Of a stretch of 64,000 nt of DNA, positions 57,781 to 64,000 are shown piece by piece (the stretch's first letter is position 1; each line of letters starts with the position of its first letter). The position numbers were made by a program, and so were the translations under genes. Origin of the DNA: a virus; IMG/VR virus record IMGVR_UViG_3300030102_005172, positions 1-64,000 of that record; one strand, 5' to 3'. The notes under the pieces are model-generated. The model was not told where the DNA came from, ran no database searches, and saw only the letters and a list, made by a program, of their open reading frames with translations.

Positions 57781-59139
57781 TTAAAAATCAATACCATCCG
57801 ACATTTCTTTATATTTTTGCGCTAATTCTTTTCTTACTAAACTCTCCCCTTGTTTCATCTGACTTGTAGTCTTTCTACCATCAATGGAATCGTCATTGTA
57901 AATATGAATTTGGCCTGTCGAGAAGTTTGCTTTAGATGGGAATGTCATTCCATCAGGTCCAAACCTATTTTTTATTACATGCCATCTACCTGTACCTGCG
58001 AGTTTATCTTCTATTTTTCGAGATAAAGATACCACAAAGTCTGCGGTCATCATTTTAGAAAATGAACCTGCTATTTTTGTACCTGTAATAATGTCATCTT
58101 CTGCTCCACTTCTATTAATTTGTGAGGCAGTGTAGACAGGCACCTCGTACTCACCTGCCATACCACGAAGGTCTTCTATAATCTCTTCCAACTCTTCGTG
58201 TCTTTTTTCTTTTGTAGGCCCTCTCAATAAGTCTGCATAATCTACAATGACTACATCAGGTTTTTTACCTTGTAAAATCATTTTGTCCATATGAGCCTTT
58301 AGTGAAGTTACACTAGCGGTTTTGGTAGGATAATGTTTTACAACTAAGTCACCACTAACAGAATTAACTGCTTTTGTAACATCTTCCATGTTGTATTTCA
58401 AATTACCAACGGCGACACCACTTAATACGGCGTCATATCGTTGACCCACATAACCTTCATTTAATTCAAGAGTGTAGTGTGCAACTATCTTTCCTTTCTT
58501 CATTGCGTTGACTCCGATGTTAATCAGAGACCACGATTTACCAATGCCGGGAGGTGCTGCAAATAAAATTAATTCACCCTTACCAAAACCACCTTGTGTA
58601 ATTTCATCAATAACTTGCCAACCAGTAGTAACCACATTTCTTACTGTATCTTCATATCTTTCTACAATCATAGATTTGTATTCATGACCAATATCAGAAT
58701 CTTGACCTGCTTTCATTGCGGTATCAATATTCTTTTTGATTTGGTCATACTTACCATTTTCTAATAATGGTACTGAATCTAAGATTGCGTTTTTAATAGA
58801 TTGATTTTTACAGAAGTCAAGGATTTCTTCTTTAACAAAGTCCAAATCACCACTTTCTAAATGATTCCAAGCAAACTTCAATGTATCAATCACCGAGGTT
58901 TTTAATACATCTCTTTCTATTGGATTTATTTTAACTTTGAGAACATCTAAGGTTGGCATTTTCTCAAACTCGTTAAAATATTTTAGGATTGTTTTTACTA
59001 ACCACTCCGATGCCTCAGAATCAAAATATTCTGGTTTCATAATATCGTAAATCTGTCTTGTAAAAGACCTATCAGATAATATCGCAGATATTACTTTGTT
59101 CTGAAATGAGGTACTAAACTTACTTCCTAATTTTTCCAT
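57781..59139 (-). CDS. replicative DnaB/gp41-like helicase
   Basis: APPGIGKS, TLEL, VDYADL, TASQINR, KNRFG. Confidence 0.93.
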   Translation of the reverse strand: MEKLGSKFSTSFQNKVISAILSDRSFTRQIYDIMKPEYFDSEASEWLVKTILKYFNEFEKMPTLDVLKVKINPIERDVLKTSVIDTLKFAWNHLESGDLDFVKEEILDFCKNQSIKNAILDSVPLLENGKYDQIKKNIDTAMKAGQDSDIGHEYKSMIVERYEDTVRNVVTTGWQVIDEITQGGFGKGELILFAAPPGIGKSWSLINIGVNAMKKGKIVAHYTLELNEGYVGQRYDAVLSGVAVGNLKYNMEDVTKAVNSVSGDLVVKHYPTKTASVTSLKAHMDKMILQGKKPDVVIVDYADLLRGPTKEKRHEELEEIIEDLRGMAGEYEVPVYTASQINRSGAEDDIITGTKIAGSFSKMMTADFVVSLSRKIEDKLAGTGRWHVIKNRFGPDGMTFPSKANFSTGQIHIYNDDSIDGRKTTSQMKQGESLVRKELAQKYKEMSDGIDF

Positions 59140-59158
59140 AGTTTACTAATATACGAAA

Positions 59159-60214
59159 TTATTTTTTAATATCAAAGTGATTCTTAAGATAATTGTCTAA
59201 AGATGTAAATGAATTTCTTAACCAAGAATCTACATTTGCAAATGCAGTATATAGTTTATCATACATAAACATCTTTTTGAACTCAACAATGTTTAGTTGA
59301 GGTTGGTGTACATCCATCAACTCTCTAACATTAGATTTAATTGATGATGATATATCAGGGTCAGATAATTGCATAAGACCATAGTTCATATTGATAGTAT
59401 CTAAATTATCTTCAAGTTTTTTTGCCAACTTATCATCACACTCTGAAGAACATTTCTCAATGAATGTGTCTAAAGAAAGGTCATTTTCAGTTAAAAACTT
59501 CATTTTAGATTCAATTGTTTTGATACCAACACCATTTACACCTTTTATATTGTCTGATTTATCGCCCATAAGAACTCTGTAAAATATTAGATTTTGTGGA
59601 GTTACTCCATAATCTTCTACAACTTCTTTTTCGGTGTACATTTTCTTTTTTGTTGGTGTAAAAACCTTAATCCTTTGATTTACTAATTGTAAAAAGTCCT
59701 TGTCAGATGATAAAATCGTAACTTCTTTTTTAAAGTAGTGATTTGCCAAGTATGCAATTATATCATCTGCCTCTACATAATCTATATAAGTCATTGTGAT
59801 AGGTAGTATCTGTAAGTACTCAATGAGTCTCTTGAATTGATTTCTCATCGATACTTGTTGGTCTTCTAAGTCTTCATATCCTGCAAGTCTATTCAACTTA
59901 GTTAAACCTGTTCTACCTTCCTTATATCCCTTATATACGGACTTTCTTCTATTAGAACCACCCTTTCCATCAAAGACTATAACGACACGAGTTGGTTTTA
60001 ATCTTCTAATCGTTGCAGCGGTGGACAAGAGAAAACCTGTCACACCACCACAATGTTCACCATCATCATTCAAAGCAGGTACTGCTCCAAATACTCTAAT
60101 GAATTGATTAAGACCATCAATGATAAGAACTCTATCATTAAGGGATTCGTTTTTTACTTCGTTATGTTCTTTACTTACTTCTTTGAGTAGCTCTTTGTAT
60201 TTATTAATCATCAA
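59159..60214 (-). CDS. 5'-3' exonuclease / RNase H (FEN-like)
   Basis: IIDG.N, VFDG, YK..R, EADD, S.DKDF, GDKSDNI.G. Confidence 0.92.
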   Translation of the reverse strand: MMINKYKELLKEVSKEHNEVKNESLNDRVLIIDGLNQFIRVFGAVPALNDDGEHCGGVTGFLLSTAATIRRLKPTRVVIVFDGKGGSNRRKSVYKGYKEGRTGLTKLNRLAGYEDLEDQQVSMRNQFKRLIEYLQILPITMTYIDYVEADDIIAYLANHYFKKEVTILSSDKDFLQLVNQRIKVFTPTKKKMYTEKEVVEDYGVTPQNLIFYRVLMGDKSDNIKGVNGVGIKTIESKMKFLTENDLSLDTFIEKCSSECDDKLAKKLEDNLDTINMNYGLMQLSDPDISSSIKSNVRELMDVHQPQLNIVEFKKMFMYDKLYTAFANVDSWLRNSFTSLDNYLKNHFDIKK

Positions 60215-61337
60215 AATCTGTTACTTCAACATTATCAATATTTGCCTCTTCACTTGATTGTTTGTAAGCCATAATGTATGAATTACAAATCTCATTGTAA
60301 ATAGACTCTTTTAGTTCGGGTCTTTCTTCGAGTATGTCTTCCCAATTTTTAGCTTGGAATTTTATTTCCTCACCTGTTTCTTTGTCGACATAAGTGTACC
60401 ATGCACCACTTTGAGTTACCAACTTATATGTTTTCATCATTTGTAACCATGAACCATAATTGTCGATACCACTATCAAAGTAGATATCATAGTCAACTGA
60501 ACGAAGAGGTGGCCCCATTCTATTCTTGATAACTTGAGCACGAGTTTTGATACCAACTACTTGGTCTACTCCACCAATTTTAGATTTAAGTTGTCCCATT
60601 GATTTTAACCTAATTCTACAAGAAGAGTGGAATGCTATTGCTTTACCACCACTTGTAGTCCAAGGGTCACCAAAAGAAACACCTAATCTTGTTCTTAATT
60701 GATTTGTGAAAATTAAAGATATTCTTTCTCTACCTATAAGATTTGTAATCTTTCTCATAGCTTTAGAAATAATAATAGCTTTCTGAGTAGCATAACCTGC
60801 TTGGTCGTAATCTGCGGATATCTCTACCTTAGTTGAAGCACCTGCGACAGAATCCACTACAATAGTTACTAGCTTTTTCTTGTCTGATGACCTTACTGAC
60901 TCTATAATTGAATCAATACCTTCAAAGATATCTTCAACAGTTTCAAGAGGAACATACAACATTTTTTGAATGTCAACTCCAATCGCTTCTAAGAAATCAG
61001 TATTACAAGCATTCTCAGTATCTATATAAACACCAAGACCACCCTTTTTCTGAGTATCTGCGATTGCGTGAGCTGCCAATAGTGATTTACCACTTCCTTC
61101 TAAACCTGTAATCTCTGTTAGTCTACCAACTGGTAATCCACCATTTGGTCTATTTGATATCGCCAAATCTAACATCGGTGAACCTGTCGAAATCCAACCA
61201 TCAAGGTCGGTAGGAGTTTGTTCACCACCATCCAAGAAGTAAGCCACCTTGTGGGCGGACTTAAACTTCTTGTTGAGGTTATCAGCTAAGATTGAAGATA
61301 GTTCATCACGAACCGATTCTTTCTTCTTCTTTGCCAT
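60204..61337 (-). CDS. recA: RecA/UvsX recombinase
   Basis: STG...LD, GG.P.GR, G.EGSGKS, DSVA, NQLR, GG.A..F. Confidence 0.93.
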   Translation of the reverse strand: MAKKKKESVRDELSSILADNLNKKFKSAHKVAYFLDGGEQTPTDLDGWISTGSPMLDLAISNRPNGGLPVGRLTEITGLEGSGKSLLAAHAIADTQKKGGLGVYIDTENACNTDFLEAIGVDIQKMLYVPLETVEDIFEGIDSIIESVRSSDKKKLVTIVVDSVAGASTKVEISADYDQAGYATQKAIIISKAMRKITNLIGRERISLIFTNQLRTRLGVSFGDPWTTSGGKAIAFHSSCRIRLKSMGQLKSKIGGVDQVVGIKTRAQVIKNRMGPPLRSVDYDIYFDSGIDNYGSWLQMMKTYKLVTQSGAWYTYVDKETGEEIKFQAKNWEDILEERPELKESIYNEICNSYIMAYKQSSEEANIDNVEVTDFDD

Positions 61338-61340
61338 AGA

Positions 61341-62102
61341 TTATTCGTTAAATAAGTCGTCAAACGCTTCTTTTACATTAGTCGCTGGGGAAGTTGCAGT
61401 TGTAGTTTCTTTTACTTCAACTTTAGGTTCTTCTTTTTTATCAGAAACTTCACCTGTATCCAACCATTCTTTTAACATTCCTTCCATTTCTTCATAAGAA
61501 ACTTTTTTGAACATATCACCAAGAACGATTTGGTCTTTAGCGGTTTCTAATACATTCTTATCCTCTGAGATAGCTGATGTATTTGGTTTTACTCTGATGT
61601 AAGTTTCAGGATAAGTTTTACCTAACTCTGCAGCAGTTTTAAATTCTACTGTTACATCTCTACCATTTACGGGGTCAGTCAAATCACCATAATCAGGGTC
61701 AGCGAAGAATCCAAGAAGTTCTTGGTATACATTCTTACCGAATCCCCAAAACTTAACACCTTCAGACTCTTCACCTCTAACGAGGATAGGAACATAAGTT
61801 CTCATCTTTGGAGTTAACTTTCTTGAAAGTTGGTAATCATTCCTATCACCTGTTGCTTTCAACTTTTCTGCAAACTCTAAGATAGGGTCTGCTTCACCAA
61901 AAGAACTTGGGCTGATAATATTCTTACCACCAAATCCAAAATGGAAATAAAGTTCGATGAACGGGTTAGAGGGATTGTGAACATAAGGAAGAATCCTTAC
62001 TTGTTGTTTGCCGGGTTGTGGTTTCCACAAGTTGTCGGTCTTTGTTACTTTGGTCTGAAGAGAGTTCAGACGATTGCGGATTGCGTTTAAATCAATTGCC
62101 AT
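61341..62102 (-). CDS. single-stranded DNA-binding protein (gp32-like)
   Basis: WKP..G...VRILP, GVKFW.FG..VY, D.TDP..GRD, acidic FDDLF tail. Confidence 0.85.
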   Translation of the reverse strand: MAIDLNAIRNRLNSLQTKVTKTDNLWKPQPGKQQVRILPYVHNPSNPFIELYFHFGFGGKNIISPSSFGEADPILEFAEKLKATGDRNDYQLSRKLTPKMRTYVPILVRGEESEGVKFWGFGKNVYQELLGFFADPDYGDLTDPVNGRDVTVEFKTAAELGKTYPETYIRVKPNTSAISEDKNVLETAKDQIVLGDMFKKVSYEEMEGMLKEWLDTGEVSDKKEEPKVEVKETTTATSPATNVKEAFDDLFNE

Positions 62103-62141
62103 AATTTACCTTTTTTAATTATTATTTATTTAAGTTAGTCA

Positions 62142-62173
62142 CTAATATACAACATTTGGTTGACAAATCCAAA
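62142..62173 (-). promoter_or_regulatory. Bacteroidetes-type promoter of the replication operon
   Basis: TTTG-N20-TATATTAG. Confidence 0.7.
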
Positions 62174-62236
62174 TGTTTTTTCATTTTTTTTATTTTGCAG
62201 TTATCACTACTGATATAAATATGTAAAAATATTTAA

Positions 62237-63235
62237 TTAACTGCGTTCTGAGCGTTTTTCTAAGTCTAAATAAAATCTACTTGCCTCAGAGTCAATCCAT
62301 GACTTTTCACTCATTTCTTTGTTTATTTCTTTCTTATCACTCCACCATTGATTTTCTTTTTTAATGGTATTCCATTTGTTGTCAACCTCTAAGTCTCTAA
62401 CATCATCTTGGTGTAATACTTCACCAGTTTCACTACTAAATGGTGATGATGATTTTGGTGTTTGTGGTACAAGGTTCATAAAGTAATCTTCTAACATTTT
62501 AGATGGTCGCATTGGTAGTTTATCATATAAAGGCATTCCATCGTAATAATCTATAAATGGAGTATCACCATCCATATTCGTATGTATTCTTAAATCTTGA
62601 TGATACATTTTATACAACTTTCCTTTTTGTAGAGTTGCCGTTCCATTAAGTTGTTTGTTTTTAGGAATTGTTTTATCCCACTTGTTAGTATATGGCTTTC
62701 TTAAGTTACCTTGCCAATACCATGGCCATTGTTCACAAAAAAATGTCCAATGATTATCTTTAAATTTTAGTTTTAATGATTCTGAGTGTTTAAATATATT
62801 GTGATGAATTGTTTCATCAAAGTTAGAACCACCTATCCAAAATTTTGGATATGGATATATTTTTTGTATTTCGTCAAATTGTTTAATTGTAGGTTTATTG
62901 ATATAAACAAAGTCAAGGACTTCCCATGCTCTTCTGAAAACATCAATCAGTTCAGAGTGTGACAATAATCTTACTACATCTTGAAATGTAGATTTAAGTT
63001 GTAAAGCTTGCTCGTCTGTAAAGTCTTCTATAATGTATATATGGTCAAATTCATTTGAGTCTACAAAGGTTTGTACAACTCCAATATCATCGTATCCTAC
63101 GATAATCATCGCTTTAGGTACACAATATTTTTTAGGAATTTTTTTACCTGCACCTAATTTAAAAGTATCTTTGTGTCTGTGTTGTCTTCCGATATATGTT
63201 AACATATCTTTAAGACCTTCATAACTTTTTTGCAT
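62237..63235 (-). CDS. hypothetical protein
   Basis: 332-aa ORF; no motif recognised. Confidence 0.65.
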   Translation of the reverse strand: MQKSYEGLKDMLTYIGRQHRHKDTFKLGAGKKIPKKYCVPKAMIIVGYDDIGVVQTFVDSNEFDHIYIIEDFTDEQALQLKSTFQDVVRLLSHSELIDVFRRAWEVLDFVYINKPTIKQFDEIQKIYPYPKFWIGGSNFDETIHHNIFKHSESLKLKFKDNHWTFFCEQWPWYWQGNLRKPYTNKWDKTIPKNKQLNGTATLQKGKLYKMYHQDLRIHTNMDGDTPFIDYYDGMPLYDKLPMRPSKMLEDYFMNLVPQTPKSSSPFSSETGEVLHQDDVRDLEVDNKWNTIKKENQWWSDKKEINKEMSEKSWIDSEASRFYLDLEKRSERS

Positions 63236-63241
63236 ACTTAA

Positions 63242-63631
63242 TTAATTTACATCAACTATTCTGAATAAACTTGTCTTTAGTATTTTGTGTCCTTCACCAT
63301 CGGTTAGAATCATAGAGTTTCTATAATCTTCCCAATTAATTTTATATGTTTTGTCTGCAACACCACCATTTAAGTCAACAATCAATCTATTTAATGCGTT
63401 TATTGTGTAGATAGTGTTTGATTCCTTCTTACGATGTGCTAATATAGTACTTCCTAAGAATTTTCTTTCATTGTTCGGTATTATATTGTAACTAATCACT
63501 AACTCTTGTGATGGTTTTAATTTTAAAATAAATATTTTTCTACTATAAAGGATAAATGAGTTTTGAATGTTTTCTAAAACTGATTCAAATTCAGCCTCAT
63601 TAGTAAATGTACATAATAGTTGTGTTCTCAC
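63242..63631 (-). CDS. conserved phage hypothetical protein
   Basis: QLLCTF, TI..HRKKESNT.YTINALN. Confidence 0.75.
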   Translation of the reverse strand: MRTQLLCTFTNEAEFESVLENIQNSFILYSRKIFILKLKPSQELVISYNIIPNNERKFLGSTILAHRKKESNTIYTINALNRLIVDLNGGVADKTYKINWEDYRNSMILTDGEGHKILKTSLFRIVDVN

Positions 63632-63641
63632 TCATCTTCCC

Positions 63642-64000
63642 TTATTTTACATTCAAAGCTGACTTTACTTTTCCTAATGGAAGTTCTTGTGTGCCTTCAA
63701 AGTTGTAACTATATCTACCAGATGAATTTGTTCCCATTCTAAATTGTGAATACTTCATATCACCTGTTGTTTCATTTATACCTGTTAATCCATACCCCGT
63801 CATTGCGAAATACTTACCATCTTTTGCATTTGTTCTTAAAAAGAATACAATTGTGTCTGATAAGTCTTTTGATAGCTTATCTTCTACAAATTTTGATGAA
63901 CCAGGGAATTGTTTATATGTAGTTCCCTTTCCATCTTTATCTACACCAAAGACCTTATATAAAGGTAATGTTGTTTTACCATATATCATTTCTTTTTCTA
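63642..64000 (-). CDS. 3' end of a gene entering from beyond the window
   Basis: frame open to the window edge; GKT.LPL.KV.G. Confidence 0.6.
   Translation of the reverse strand, partial: EKEMIYGKTTLPLYKVFGVDKDGKGTTYKQFPGSSKFVEDKLSKDLSDTIVFFLRTNAKDGKYFAMTGYGLTGINETTGDMKYSQFRMGTNSSGRYSYNFEGTQELPLGKVKSALNVK

Noticed and set aside
47581-61337. Inteins or introns in PolB, RNR, helicase or RecA
   Set aside because: Lengths are normal and motifs contiguous, with no insertion visible

Overview
AT-rich, gene-dense fragment of a large (jumbo-type, T4-like) tailed dsDNA phage. Essentially all credible genes are on the minus strand and use the standard genetic code. Repeated TTTG-N20-TAnnTTAG/TAnnTTTA promoters resemble the Bacteroidetes -33/-7 consensus, which points to a Bacteroidota (probably flavobacterial) host; this is an inference. 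Reading in transcription order (right to left), 62-42 kb is a replication and nucleotide module: SSB, RecA/UvsX, 5'-3' exonuclease, helicase, NrdB/NrdA, thioredoxin, PolB, clamp and clamp loader, interleaved with two Mom-like genes, a DUF4338-like gene, a DUF1599-like gene and a 2OG-oxygenase/Glf/GT2 trio. 42-29 kb is a ~13-kb glycosylation island with an aldolase-KdsB fusion and a Maf/DUF115-like transferase. 28-25 kb is an envelope/lysis cassette. 25-18 kb holds proteins with 'MIxLKxILxE' leaders that look like head-protease-processed cargo. 17-7 kb carries GroES/GroEL/J-domain and small accessory enzymes. 6.9-5.6 kb is a 1.3-kb non-coding region with DnaA-like boxes, MraZ-like repeats and a GC-rich structured core, next to a tRNA-Arg(UCU). 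5.2-0 kb contains small early-type genes, including an orphan PvuII-like endonuclease. All family calls come from recognising motifs by eye; no searches were run.
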